Below are positions 35,520-47,557 of a stretch of 64,000 nucleotides of DNA, piece after piece. Below the pieces are notes generated by a model. That model was not told where the DNA came from. It saw only the letters and a list, made by a program, of their open reading frames with translations, and did not search any database. Position 1 is the stretch's first letter; every line of letters begins with the position of its first letter. The position numbers were made by a program, and so were the translations under genes. The DNA lies in NCBI GenBank assembly GCA_965644295.1, contig CBFFRP010000398.1:1-64000 (forward strand). Direction: 5' to 3'. The stretch is from Paraphysomonas bandaiensis (taxonomy: Eukaryota > Protista > Chrysophyceae).

Positions 35520-38500
35520 TTAATCTTCTTCATCAGAAGAATAAACCACATTTCGAGGTAGTAAATTTCTTACATTTTCATCAGGATGTTGAGTTAGGAA
35601 ATTTTGTAGAGCATACGTTTTTCTAACGTTAGCCCATGGTTCCCATGTAGGTTTTTCATACCCTATCCAATGTACTAGAAATTTTATTTGACTTTTCGGA
35701 CCTTTAGCTCGACCTTTTATTTTTGAAATATGGTCAATAGCATAAAAGTTTCCACCATCTTTACATGCCACTTGTAAGGGGTCAATAGTAGAGGGATCGT
35801 AATTAAATTCCCTTAATTTCTTTATATGATAGTCTTTATTACGTTTAGTAACAATATCTTGAAGAGTATATTTGTCTCCAATAACATTGACTACTCGCAT
35901 TGGACCTTTAAGATATGGTAATAACTTACTTGCCGGTCCAGGACGTAAAGCATTTTGTCTATGCTCAACTAACACATAAGAATTTATTGGAAATTCTTTT
36001 GTTTGTATATTTGGTGCAGTTGCCATGTGGATTTCATCATGTTTGCGAAGATTTCGTCTTGCAACATCCATAATAGTGGACTGAACCTTTTGTATTCTAT
36101 CTATCCAATGTGATAGCTTTTGTTCGTTCCCGTCCAAGTTCTCATTGTGTTCAATGAATAAACTCTTATCTAAATCTACTGCATTCCCAAATAGAATACT
36201 AGCGGGAGTAACGCCGGTGCTTCTATGTTTAGAAGAATTCATAATTCTTTGTACTAAAGGTAGATACATTGACCAATTATTTAGTACATTTTTATCAAAT
36301 ATAATATTTCTTAAGTGCCTTAAAATTTCTTTATTAGCACGTTCCACTATAGCATTTTCTTCTTTAGAATACGCCATCGAAAATGATTGATTACTTCCAA
36401 CCATTTCTATCAATGATTTTGTTAAATCATCCACAAATGCTGGTCCAAGATCCGAATGAATCTCAATAGGTGCTCCATATCTACCCAGGTGTTGAAGCAA
36501 TCCCTTTGCCGCCGCCATGGCAGTGAGATTCTTAGTAGGGATTAATTCTACCCACCTAGAAAAAGAATCGATAATCACTAATATATTAGTGTATCCATCC
36601 TCATCTGGATGCAGACTCTGAATAAAATCCACTGCTATTCTTTGCATCGGGCCATATGTTGAGACAGTAAAGGGATGAGCATTAATTATTGGTTTAATTC
36701 TACTCATCTTTTGACAACAAGGACAAGTTTTAATAAATTTTGTCACATGTGCCCCTTGCTTTGACCATTTATGACCATTGTCTCGTAATTTTTGTATTGT
36801 ACGATCAATACCATGATGACCTGTAACATTGTTATGAAATCTTTTAATAATTTCCCATTCCTTGTTTGGAACTTTAATATCGGGAATTAGGGAAGCACAT
36901 TTTGTTTCCATTTTAGATTCTAATGCACATAGTCTACTAAATGCATCAGCAACAACATTATCAGATCCTTTAATATCACATAGATCATAATCATATGCTT
37001 GGAAACATTTCAACCATCGCTGAACTTTCTTATCCTTAGCGTAATCAGTTCTCAACTGAGTAATATTTTTATGATCTGTTTTGATCGTAAAGTATCTATA
37101 CCTTAATAGGTAGTCCCATTTATCTAAGGCATAGTATTTAGCATATCCTTCTTTCTGAGGTGTATCCCAATTCATCATTCTTTCATCGAATGTTTTACTG
37201 AGAAATCCTATTGGACGTTCTACACCATCTACTACTTGGTAGAGGTATGCTCCTATTCCATAATCAGATGCATCGGTCAATAAATATATTGGTGACTCGT
37301 CATCAATGAAAAATAATGTTGGACATTCATGGATCATCAATTTGATCTTTTCAAATGCTTCATTGGCATCCTCTGTCCATTGTAGACGTTTACGTCTATG
37401 ATAGTTGAGAAGCATTTTATTTAACGGTCTCACCACTAAGGAGTGGTTGTGCACGTGATCCCGAAAATAATTTGCCAATCCGAGGAAAGATTTTAGACCC
37501 TTCATAGTTTCAGGCTTTGGGAAATTTAATACACTATCCAGACGTTCTCTAGTAAAGTGTAACCCTTCCTCATTTAGAGTATGTCCTACATATTGTACTT
37601 CGGACTCTCCTATTTTCACTTTCTCAGGATTAATGTAAACATTGTATTTCCTGAAGCGTTCTAGAACTTTAACGTAATTTTCAATTAGTTCATCTTCTGT
37701 AGAAGCATATATAATCAGGTCATCTAGATATAATTCACATATGAACATAATCAACCCGGCAAGCACAATTGTTGTTAATACTCGTTGAAAGTATGATGGA
37801 GCACCACTCAAACCCATGGGTAGTCGGAGCCATTCGAATACTCCCCAGAAGGTTATAAATGCCGTCCACTTTCTCGAGTACTCTGAAATTTTAGCCTGGT
37901 AATAACCAGATACTAAATCCAGAATTATGAAGTATTTGGGTTTCTTAGACCCAATACGTTCTAACATTTCTTTGATGTTAGGTATTGGCCAACGTTCCCT
38001 CTGTGTGTGCTTGTTTAGACCTTTATAGTCTACACAGAATCGCCATTTATCATTTGGTTTGGGAACTAATAATACCTGGCTATAATAAGGAGCCGTACTT
38101 GGTTGTATTATTCCATGCTCCACAAATGTATCGATTTGCTTTTTACAAGCATACTGTCGTACTCGATCCATCTTTCGTGGCGGACCACAATGTTTTGGTT
38201 GTTCCCAAGCATCCCTATCTACCTCTAATTCAAAAGGTGGAACATCCATTGGCATATCCGACACTGTGGTTCTAAATCTATCCTTATAGATTTCATGGAT
38301 TTCTCTCACCCTCCTTTGTAAAGATTCGGGACCAGAGATTTTAGTTGGTAACGTAGTACCTTCTACTTTTTCCTGAGTATTTGTAACTATTTCTTCTGGG
38401 ATTGACTCCAGATAGTTATCTCTAATCTCGCCTATATCTTCCTTTTCATATGCACTTATACGCATGGATGATATTGGAGGTGAATACATAGTACTAACCA

Positions 38501-40352
38501 AGCTATTACTTGTAAGTAAATTATTATTATAACTAAGGTGTTCCTTAGCTTGGCGCCTTAATGTTTCCATGTTATTATAACATGTGGCTCTCTCACTAAT
38601 ATGTTCCGAGAGAAGCTGAGTCTTCTCAGCATGGCCCGCGGCCGTAGCTAGCATTTTCCCTGCTAACTCTCTTTCCATAAAGTGAGATGGAAAATGATCA
38701 ACTAATCTATATTTCTTGATAGTTTCTCTACCAATTATGATATCAAAGGTGCTATCTATTATCAAACATTGCAACTCAATATCAAGAGTATTGTTATACT
38801 CATCAGTTAATCTTATAGTTATTATCATATATTGCTTGCTACTACAACAAGCATTATCAAGCGCACTACAAATTTTAATGTTACACTCGTGCAATGGAAT
38901 ATTATACCTAGCAACTAACATATCAGCAAGTTCTTGGTTAATGAAATTATTCCCAGTAGCCCCCGTGTCCAATAAGGCTTTAGCCCTTAGATTTTCCTTT
39001 ACCTGTTGTACATTGACATCAGCTTTAGGATATACAAAGACATCGAGCATATCATTATTCATGTCAATAGCATTTATATATAAACACTTAGGGCATGATA
39101 ACTTACTTGTTTTCGATCTTGGAGGACCATCAGGATTCTCCACATAAGGGCAGGTACTCCAACCCATAACCGCATATTTTTTGCCCTGTGTGGAATCTTT
39201 CCATGGCTTCTTTTCATGGTTAGCCCATGCACAGGTTTTGCGGGTGCAGTCACCTTTATGAAGATTACCGCATATCCAACATGCTTCCTTAGTATCAGTT
39301 GTTGCTTTAGTACTTGAGGATGAGCTGGAGGATGAAGTTTTTGTATTCTTAGTCTTGTTAGACTTAGATGTTTCTTTGGAATCCAATTTAGTTTCCATCC
39401 TCTTTACTTTTCTCACAGCTTGACTATAGTCATTGTTAAGCTCTCGCACCTTTCTACAGAATGCTCCGAAATCTTTTGGTGCAGATTGACCTTGGCCTAT
39501 ATCCGCTATAAATTTCTCTTTGGCATCCTTTCTGAAGGAATGTCCGCCCACAAGTTTAATGTTTTTCTTGAGGGTTTTGACTATGGTATCCGAGGCTACC
39601 TCTGTGAGACTTGCCTCCGGAATGAGCTTATAAAGCTCATTCAGACGTCCATATTCTTTTAAGAATACTTTAGGAACATGAATATCCACCTTAACCTTTG
39701 GTCCAATGATATTATCTATGAACCTAGGAAGAGGCTCCAATGTATCAGAGTATCGCTCCTCTTCCTCTAGAAAGGCTTGCTTTAACCACTGAATCAATTC
39801 CTCAGTAGTTACAATGTTTGGATCTAGCCAGTCCTCGTCAGACTCATCTCCAAAATCCTGCTGTCGCTGAAACTGAAGCATATCACGCACTGTTGGTGCC
39901 ATGATTTCTGACCTTATGAATTTTGTCCCTTTAGGATCTCTTTTCGAGAGATTTTCACAAAATTCGATGATATCCTCATCTTGCACACTACCTAAGTAGG
40001 GAATAGAGTCGGTATTGATTACTTCATGTGGAGTGGATTCCGTCGCAATGACTTCATTCAAGTCAATGCGCTCACTCCTGTTGGGGTGCGGATCTCCACT
40101 CCTTTGCTTCTTTCTCTTTGGTTGAGAAGAAGAGAGCTCACGAAATGATACTCCACTCAATTCTCCTTCAGCCTCTACTGATGTCTCAGTTTGAGGAGAA
40201 GATTGCATTTGAGATGATGTTGTTGCATCTCTTGCTCGTTTTCGAGAGGATTCTCTCTCTCTTTTCGTCTTTTTAGACGAAGAACCCGAAGCAGCTAACA
40301 ATTCCTCTATTTGAGGAGCTGCTTTTATTTTGCTTCTCTTACTTTCCCCCAT
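35520..40352 (-). CDS. gag-pol: Gag-Pol polyprotein (1610 aa): Gag with Zn knuckle, protease, RT, RNase H, integrase, chromodomain
   Basis: CWICGNLHKGDC; ALLDTGA; WRFCVDYKGLN and YLDD; TDASDYGIGA; HHGIDRT..CPCCQ, IAVDF, IHSDLG and VERANK; chromodomain KFLVHWIGYEKPTWEP. Domain order PR-RT-RH-IN. Confidence 0.97.
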   Translation of the reverse strand: MGESKRSKIKAAPQIEELLAASGSSSKKTKRERESSRKRARDATTSSQMQSSPQTETSVEAEGELSGVSFRELSSSQPKRKKQRSGDPHPNRSERIDLNEVIATESTPHEVINTDSIPYLGSVQDEDIIEFCENLSKRDPKGTKFIRSEIMAPTVRDMLQFQRQQDFGDESDEDWLDPNIVTTEELIQWLKQAFLEEEERYSDTLEPLPRFIDNIIGPKVKVDIHVPKVFLKEYGRLNELYKLIPEASLTEVASDTIVKTLKKNIKLVGGHSFRKDAKEKFIADIGQGQSAPKDFGAFCRKVRELNNDYSQAVRKVKRMETKLDSKETSKSNKTKNTKTSSSSSSSSTKATTDTKEACWICGNLHKGDCTRKTCAWANHEKKPWKDSTQGKKYAVMGWSTCPYVENPDGPPRSKTSKLSCPKCLYINAIDMNNDMLDVFVYPKADVNVQQVKENLRAKALLDTGATGNNFINQELADMLVARYNIPLHECNIKICSALDNACCSSKQYMIITIRLTDEYNNTLDIELQCLIIDSTFDIIIGRETIKKYRLVDHFPSHFMERELAGKMLATAAGHAEKTQLLSEHISERATCYNNMETLRRQAKEHLSYNNNLLTSNSLVSTMYSPPISSMRISAYEKEDIGEIRDNYLESIPEEIVTNTQEKVEGTTLPTKISGPESLQRRVREIHEIYKDRFRTTVSDMPMDVPPFELEVDRDAWEQPKHCGPPRKMDRVRQYACKKQIDTFVEHGIIQPSTAPYYSQVLLVPKPNDKWRFCVDYKGLNKHTQRERWPIPNIKEMLERIGSKKPKYFIILDLVSGYYQAKISEYSRKWTAFITFWGVFEWLRLPMGLSGAPSYFQRVLTTIVLAGLIMFICELYLDDLIIYASTEDELIENYVKVLERFRKYNVYINPEKVKIGESEVQYVGHTLNEEGLHFTRERLDSVLNFPKPETMKGLKSFLGLANYFRDHVHNHSLVVRPLNKMLLNYHRRKRLQWTEDANEAFEKIKLMIHECPTLFFIDDESPIYLLTDASDYGIGAYLYQVVDGVERPIGFLSKTFDERMMNWDTPQKEGYAKYYALDKWDYLLRYRYFTIKTDHKNITQLRTDYAKDKKVQRWLKCFQAYDYDLCDIKGSDNVVADAFSRLCALESKMETKCASLIPDIKVPNKEWEIIKRFHNNVTGHHGIDRTIQKLRDNGHKWSKQGAHVTKFIKTCPCCQKMSRIKPIINAHPFTVSTYGPMQRIAVDFIQSLHPDEDGYTNILVIIDSFSRWVELIPTKNLTAMAAAKGLLQHLGRYGAPIEIHSDLGPAFVDDLTKSLIEMVGSNQSFSMAYSKEENAIVERANKEILRHLRNIIFDKNVLNNWSMYLPLVQRIMNSSKHRSTGVTPASILFGNAVDLDKSLFIEHNENLDGNEQKLSHWIDRIQKVQSTIMDVARRNLRKHDEIHMATAPNIQTKEFPINSYVLVEHRQNALRPGPASKLLPYLKGPMRVVNVIGDKYTLQDIVTKRNKDYHIKKLREFNYDPSTIDPLQVACKDGGNFYAIDHISKIKGRAKGPKSQIKFLVHWIGYEKPTWEPWANVRKTYALQNFLTQHPDENVRNLLPRNVVYSSDEED

Positions 40353-40401
40353 AATATTGTTATATCACAGAGATTGAGTACTACTTATTAAGTAATATTA
40401 C

Positions 40402-40718
40402 TGTGGGCTTGCATACATATGTGTATGTGTGCAAAGCAATACCCAAGTACAGAAGTACAAAATAATGATTATTATCGTATAATGAATCATGAATAATACT
40501 GTCTACAATATCAACGGCTAATAATACTGTCTACAATATCAACGGCTAATAATACTGTCTACAATATCAACGGCTATTGCTAATCCCAACAATCACATTC
40601 CCTACAGTTTGTATTCCTAACTACATGGTACACGTATACAATACAGTACTGTACTACTAATCATATAATACAGGACATGTACACGTATATATTCTATATG
40701 TAAGTGGATAGTCCTACA
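40402..40718 (-). repeat. 5' LTR of the Gypsy element
   Basis: Direct repeat of 35138-35454, lying 49 nt upstream of the gag ATG. Confidence 0.95.
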
Positions 40719-41590
40719 ATATGGACTGATAGAAGATAACACTTGAATTGGACTGAGTGTATATGTGCCTTGTGCCTTGTGCCTTGTATTGACCTACGAC
40801 AAAGTGTGTGTATGTATATATATCTATATGTATGTACGTCGTGTTAGTGTAGTGTATGGAGTATACATATGTGTACTCTGCTGTATATATGGTAGAGTGT
40901 GAGACAGTGTGAAATCAAGTAATCGAAATGTTGGAGTAGGAAGATTCATTTTTTTACGTATTTCACGGTATTACTGGTATTACGTTTCCAGGTCAGATTC
41001 CATTCCCTGGTTTCCTGTACGCCACCCATTCTGCCTGTACATGTCGAGGAGGGAGTATCTGGATATACAGGAACTCGAACTGCTACAGGCATCTTCATAG
41101 ACTTACACACATTGTATAGACAACAGACTGATATACCCATTAGTTCGTAATGACTGTAACTGTTTCCATTCAGTACTGCGGGAGCTGAGGCTTTCAGAAG
41201 TATGCAGATGAGCTGCATGACTTTCTCATAGCTGAGTTTGACTCTGCTATTGAGGTGCTGCTAATTAGAGGTACTTCAGTGCAATGGAAATATATATACG
41301 CATATGTTCATAATGGCTGGTGCAGATGAGGATTATACGAAGAATTTTGAAGTTGTGATAGTGAACAATGACTCTCTTATCCACTCTAAAAATGGCAAGG
41401 TAGTATTCAGCTTAATTGTGTAGCTAAATGCATGCGTTAAATGATTTTGTTTAAGGGCACATGTGATCAGTTTGTTTGCGCTACAGACGAAGAAAAATCT
41501 TGCGTAGCTCACAAGATCAGAGATTTTTTATGCACTTATAACAGCTAAACTACGTTACCGTAAGTATGTCAGACCTACAGGATGACGCAC

Positions 41591-42941
41591 TAAAATGTTA
41601 CTGGCTGAATAGCTAGGTCTGACATACCGACAATCAGTGTATAACTGGCTGTAGTAATAATTCTTTCGGTGATATTGGTTGTACCAAATGTACACATTAT
41701 TTTGTCATGGTGTCAATATTTCTATTAGAATGGACAATTTCCCGCCATGGTACTTACAGTATTTTTGTTTTACAGCTAGTATCAACATGTCGAGAAATGT
41801 AATAGCAGAAACGCTCATATGTGAACTTAGGATGTTGCAACATAAATAATGTAGTGTGGCAATGTCTATTACTATCTGTTTCGAATTGTGCTCCCATTTA
41901 CATTTTATAATAGTATAATAGTTAACATAGAACCTGTATGCAGACAATATCAAATTACTACTTCCTGTATGAAAAATACAAAATACCATTGTGGAAATAA
42001 AATTAAGATTGGAGCTGATGTTGTGAGAAATGAGATGTAGTATAGTACCTAACCTGTAATATTAGTTTGCTGTATTGTAGTATTAGGATTCAGCTTAATA
42101 GAAGATATATCTGTGAGTTATAATGTTCAATGAAATATATCATGAGCTGAATTAGAGAGAGTATCTGTGAAAGGTACATGATCGTCATTAACAGATACAC
42201 TTCTAACTATTCCGTTGTGCATGATAGTTATGTATTATATTGTTATTCATACTTCTCACTTTTACTGTGTTTATCACTTACGTTCTAATAATCACAATAT
42301 TGTTTTACTATGGCTAAGATCAATTCTTTAATCGTATTCTGTAAACAAGCATTATAAATATATATTAATACTAAACTAAATAATATAACGTCAGTAACCA
42401 TCATACCAGATACACAACCGGTTTCTCTAAACCGCTAACCTATAATACCATGTGAAACAACTGCACACCAGAAAAGTCTAATAATTTTCAAAAGTAGCAT
42501 AATATCAATAGTTGTTGGAGTATCCAAGAGAAGTATATGTCACTGCTAATTTGTTCTTTAGTATAGTAGATTGCTTGAACAGTATACTGACAACATCTTG
42601 TCATACTATGAGTCTATGAGTTAGTTTAAGCGTTTAAGTTGTATTGATATTCAAGCCCCCTTGAAATATGGACAAATACGTCTGCCTTCCTGCAATATCT
42701 TAAGTTCACGTATATGAGCGTTTCTGCTATTACATTTCTCAACATGTTGATACTAGCTGTAAAACAAAAATACTGTAAGTAACATGGCGGGAAATTGCCC
42801 ATTCTAATAGAAATATTGACACCATGACAAAATAATGTGTACATTTGGTATAACCAATATCACCGAAAGAATTATTACTACAGCCAGTTACACACTGATT
42901 GTCGGTATGTCAGACCTAGCTATTCAGCCATTAACATTTTA
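41591..42941. repeat. Long inverted repeat: arms of about 250 bp (41591-41839 and 42691-42941) around a spacer of about 850 bp; foldback or long-TIR element candidate
   Basis: The arms are reverse complements with few substitutions and a 2-bp indel. No TSD found. Confidence 0.85.
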
Positions 42942-44622
42942 TTGTATCACTGAAGTCTTAAGTATTACTGAATAAACTACTACTATAATATTTAATATAT
43001 AAATCTGCTCTGGCCAGAAGTCAGGACCTGTTATATCTCAGGGATAGGCTAGGCCTCGTTCGTATTACGGATTGTTAATACTAACCAAACCAGGAAAAAT
43101 AAACCAATAAATTGACTCTATTATTTACAGTCAGTACAACAATATACGCACGCTTCACGTACTCAGTATAACTTCTATGTTGATTACAAAATAGCTCCTG
43201 TTTCTAATATATCCAATCAACGAACCATTCTAAATTAATTTGAAGGGAAAGGTTGGTGTTCCAGATTGCAGATAAAGGCATCTACCTTTCTCTATTCGTG
43301 GGTGCAACGTAGAGCAGTATACATATTATCAATTGCTAATAATACTGTCACGGTACTTAACCCCTACATCTCACGTAAATAGGGTATAGCACAATGCATA
43401 TAGTACATGCACGCATCCATGGTGTATGCATAGCATCATCCCAGCAGTACTTCCACCAGCATTTCAATATAAAGAAAGTATATTATCGCCATAACAGGAG
43501 ACACCAACAATGTACAGGGTATCATTTGAAGTGATATGCAAGCGGTTGGTTCGATAGGTAGCACGGAATGATATGACTGTACACACTATTAGCATTCAAC
43601 AGACTCTGCTATGCATCTACCACCACTACGATAGAGCGTTTGCAGTGCTAGCTATACTGAAAACTGTACTTTTTACATAAAAATCTGTGTTTTTGTGTGG
43701 ATTTCTGATTTATAGCTACTGAAAGTGTTGATCATGTGAGTGTGGAGCAGGACTGTATGACTGAGCCACCTCAAGCTGTCTAGAGTTGCAGCTCTGCTGT
43801 CTCGTTCCAAGTGGATATATTTCGTATATATCTCGTGTACCTCCCACATATCTGTATAAGCACCAACAAGTCTCTCTGTTCCTATCCTCGCAGTTGATCA
43901 CTCTCAGAATGAGACTCTTCTTCAATTTTGAGAGTGATTACCTCGAAATGTGTGTGGAGTTATTGTATCACATAGAGTAGTGCTGATGTAACTGTGCATA
44001 TCGAATATTGCTGATATAAGAATCATGAAAATCATTGCTGGTTAAACTGTGCTAATTTACAGGTCGGGATATAGCGGCTTAAGAGTAGTGGGTTTGATTA
44101 TCAAGTGATTTAGACCTTATAATGGCAAGTACTAAAAATGGAAACTACGGATGTGCTTACTTACTGATTAGTCATACTAATATATTGCTATATATTGAAA
44201 TAGTATTGTAGGGCCGGTTTAAAAAATCCATCAATACTATTGATGGAACGCTATCTAACAATAGTATTGCAATATTTTGTTCCCTATCCCTGATATAGCC
44301 CTGGGTAGAAATCTATATATCCGACATGGCATCTATATGATAACATTATACCTATCATGTTCTCATTCCTATGTAATTATAGCTTGTAATAAGCAAAGGA
44401 CATCACTCTATGCTATGCTTCATGATATGCTGACAACATTCTCGTTGAACTTTCTTCAGATAGCTATTACAGCTAAAATAGTCAGTTTCCTAATCAATTC
44501 TCTATTATTAACCATCGGTAAATACACACGATATACTATAGCACCTTCCTACAAACGACATAAGCAAGAGGGAGATAGCACACAATACAGCGTAAAAATA
44601 CAATGGCTCAAACTAGAGTCCT

Positions 44623-45766
44623 TTAAGTGCTACTCGTTCCCACTGCTGATTCATGTTTGCGCCAAATAACCTCCTCTTTGCCTTCTCGCATAGCTGCAGC
44701 GCGGCCAGCAACAAACAAAAAGTCACTCAACCTAGGAAACGACTTTACATTCCACGAATTCGCATATTACATAACAAAAGTGTCCCATATTTTCAAAATA
44801 TGCGAACAAAATACGTGTAAAGATTACCTGTTCAGATATCTAGCTACTTCTGCATCCACAGCATGCACCTCCATCAATCTCACCACAGATCTCTCGGCTC
44901 GGCGACAGACGGTTCTTGCTAAATTCAAGTGAGTGCTACTTAGTCCGCCGGACTACAACACGTGATTAAAACGGAGGCACCGGTCATGAATTTATTGTAG
45001 AATGTACTACAGGCATATGATATTCAGACAACTAGTACCGGAATAATAAAGTTTCTCAGGGGTGGAAGCGATGCATCCAGTTCGTCAATCCATTATTCTA
45101 GCTGAGTGGTATGAGACGCCGGAAACTGTCACAGCATAGTAAGTGAATATGCTGATCGAGATTATACGGTACACAGTCCACGACCATAAAGACACTTAAA
45201 TGACATGCTTTTCAAATATAAGCTGTGACGAACATTTGTATACTGCTTCTTTGTAGACGAACTTGTAGGAGGAGTAGCTACACATGCACCCAGATCAAAA
45301 ACTCGGCACTGAATCTCAACTATCCTGAAAAAAGTTTACATATGGGCAGCTAGAGGGAGGCATGCTACTACATTTCACTCAATCCGTTCCCACTGGCTAA
45401 GCAGTGCTCTTTCGCAATACCGAGTACCGCATTCAACTCATCTTGGTGTCCTAGTGCCTCGAATATATCGTCTGTTTTCCGTCTCCGTTCTCCGTTATAT
45501 AGCTATAAGAGTATGTTAGAATCGTCCATATCATTGCTATCAATCATTGCAAATAACTCACCCCAGACTCTCCTCCGTCTCCTGTGCGCGTGTATATCGA
45601 TGACTTCATTACAGCGGGTGCAGCAATTGTAACAGAGAGGCTTGTCGGTAGATGCAGAGGATTCTATGGCGTGGATCAATGCATGTGAGAGCGAGAGATA
45701 TGACGAGAGGGGTATGCCACAGACGATGTATTCTCTGTATACAGCCCATGTATTCCAGGCTCTCAT
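44623..45766 (-). pseudogene. MMAB: Cob(I)alamin adenosyltransferase (PduO/MMAB type), multi-exon, with an in-frame TAA at 45095-45093
   Basis: Spliced translation: KSSIYTRTGDGGESG/LYNGERRRKTDDIFEALGHQDELNAVLG...EIQCRVFDLGACVATP...QLE*WIDELDASLPPLRNFIIP/SGG...ARTVCRRAER...YLNR/LSDFLFV. Stop at 44625-44623. The start is at 45766 or 45609. Gene identity is secure; pseudogene status is not. Confidence 0.85.
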
Positions 45767-46076
45767 ATCGGTATATTTTTGTTGAAAGATGCCTCTAATA
45801 TTGAGACAACAATTATCTGTATTCCAGCCGTAGTTGTATTGCAGTATTATAGAGAAATTTCGCTTCAATACATTTCCGAAAAAGAAGACGCTGACTGCCG
45901 ATACGCATATACCTGTATACAGGTATACATACATATATATACATACATATACATACATACATATACAGCACAGCTCGTTAATGCTCATGCGCAGCACAGT
46001 GTAGTATACATAACATATAGCGCTATATCGCTCTCATTAGTGTTCCATACTCACTGCCTCTCAATATATATCCTTA

Positions 46077-47557
46077 ATGCAACAACGCGACTGGACCCTC
46101 CCGTCCTGCAGTGAGCTCCGCTGTGAGGTGAAGGAGCGCGAGAGCCTCTCTCTGTGTCTGCTTAAAGGCTCATGTGAGATATTCGGTATAGAGCTAGCCG
46201 TTAACAAGAAATACTCGTTTATCAACGAGAATATAGCGGTGTTCACATGGGATGGGTGCACTATACGCACTGAGGGGACATGTCAGGCGATATACACATC
46301 CAATGAGACCCCTATGGCGACGATAGTTAACATAAATGCACAGCTAGAGGCTAGGCGAGAGGTCGCTATGGCTAATGGAGACTCTGGGCCAAGGGTGAGA
46401 GAATCTGTGTAAGGATTCGACATCGTAACTTCTTCGTGCGGCAGGTGTTGATTGCTGGACCTCATGACAGTGGGAAGTCTACTACTGCTCGAATATTGTC
46501 AGCATATGCCACCCGACTGGACCGTAACCCAGTGCTTGTGGATATTGATGTTGGACATGGTATGCTGAGTGTACCTGGTTGTATTGGAGCGGTTCCATTG
46601 GAGAAGTCAAGCTTAGCTGTTGAGGTGTTTGTGTAGCCTGCATTGCATTTTACTTATACATTAACGGGTATGATATCGATGCAGGGAGATTTCCAAAATT
46701 CGACACCTCTAGTTTACTTTTTTGGGGATACTACTCCGAAAGATAATATTCCGTTATTTAAGCATATGGTGTCGAACCTTTCTGAGAAAGTTGCGAGTAG
46801 ACAAGAGTACGATGCTGCATCGAAAGCGTCAGGACTTATCGTCACTTCTTTTGGATGGATTGATGGCGATGGATTTGACCTCCTACTTCACACTATCACT
46901 ACCTTCTCGATTGATATTGTAATTGTTATTGGACAAGATCGTCTGTATTCCTCTCTTCAGTCTGCTAGTGCGGGCCTGTCTGCGAGTAAAGGCGAAAATA
47001 AAGATCTCGTAGTAGTGAAACTTGCTCGTTCCGGTGGAGTTGTGCAACGATCGGACTCCGACCGTAGACATTTGCGCAAAGCAAAGATTCACGAATATTT
47101 TTATGGATACCGATCCCCACAACAGATGGACATTGCGTTGAGTGTCAGTGGTGAAGGTGGGTCTCGTGCGTTCTCTCCGGCAAGAATGGAGCTAGCATTG
47201 CACAAATACACCCTTCTCCGAGCAGGTGGAGTGCAGTTGTCATCATCAATGATGCCAATAGGCCGATCAGCTGATCCTTCCAGGGTAAATGAAGCTATTA
47301 AACTGATTCCCACGCAACCCTCACAGGAAATGGAGAATTCGCTGTTGGCTGTACTTCACCCTCCAACCAAGCAGACACAAGCCGAGAACACCACTGAGGC
47401 TGATTCTATACAAACTCTTCTTAACACTAACGTAGCTGGATTTTTGTTTGTTGTGAAAGTAGATATTGATCAAAACACATTAACTGTTTTATCTCCATGT
47501 CCGGGTGCCCTCCCAAGTAACAATCTTGTTGTGGGATCCATTAAATGGGTGGAGTGA
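46077..47557 (+). CDS. CLP1: CLP1 polyribonucleotide 5'-kinase / pre-mRNA cleavage factor subunit, 3 exons
   Basis: ELRCEV..GSCEIFGIELA N-terminal domain, P-loop GPHDSGKST, DIDVGHG..SVPGCIGA, PLVYFFG, SGGVVQR, IHEYFYG and VLSPCPG. Confidence 0.93.

Larger units (their letters stand above)
35138..40718 (-). mobile_element. Full-length Ty3/Gypsy LTR retrotransposon with chromodomain integrase (chromovirus-like)
   Basis: 317-bp LTRs at 35138-35454 and 40402-40718 with TG...CA termini, identical by eye. PPT AAGGGGAGGTAG at 35466-35455. One intact gag-pol ORF. Confidence 0.97.

Noticed and set aside
40900-41400. Exon-like GC-richer blocks right of the Gypsy element
   Set aside because: No consistent spliced frame or recognisable motif. 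It may be a gene relic but cannot be supported.
43716-43980. Short ORFs in a slightly GC-richer patch
   Set aside because: No recognisable protein features or supported exon chain.
45093-45095. TAA reassigned to Gln (alternative genetic code)
   Set aside because: TAA terminates several genes here (vWA, Fes1, SIT, MMAB itself), and long exons such as the 1434-codon ORF contain no in-frame TAA or TAG.
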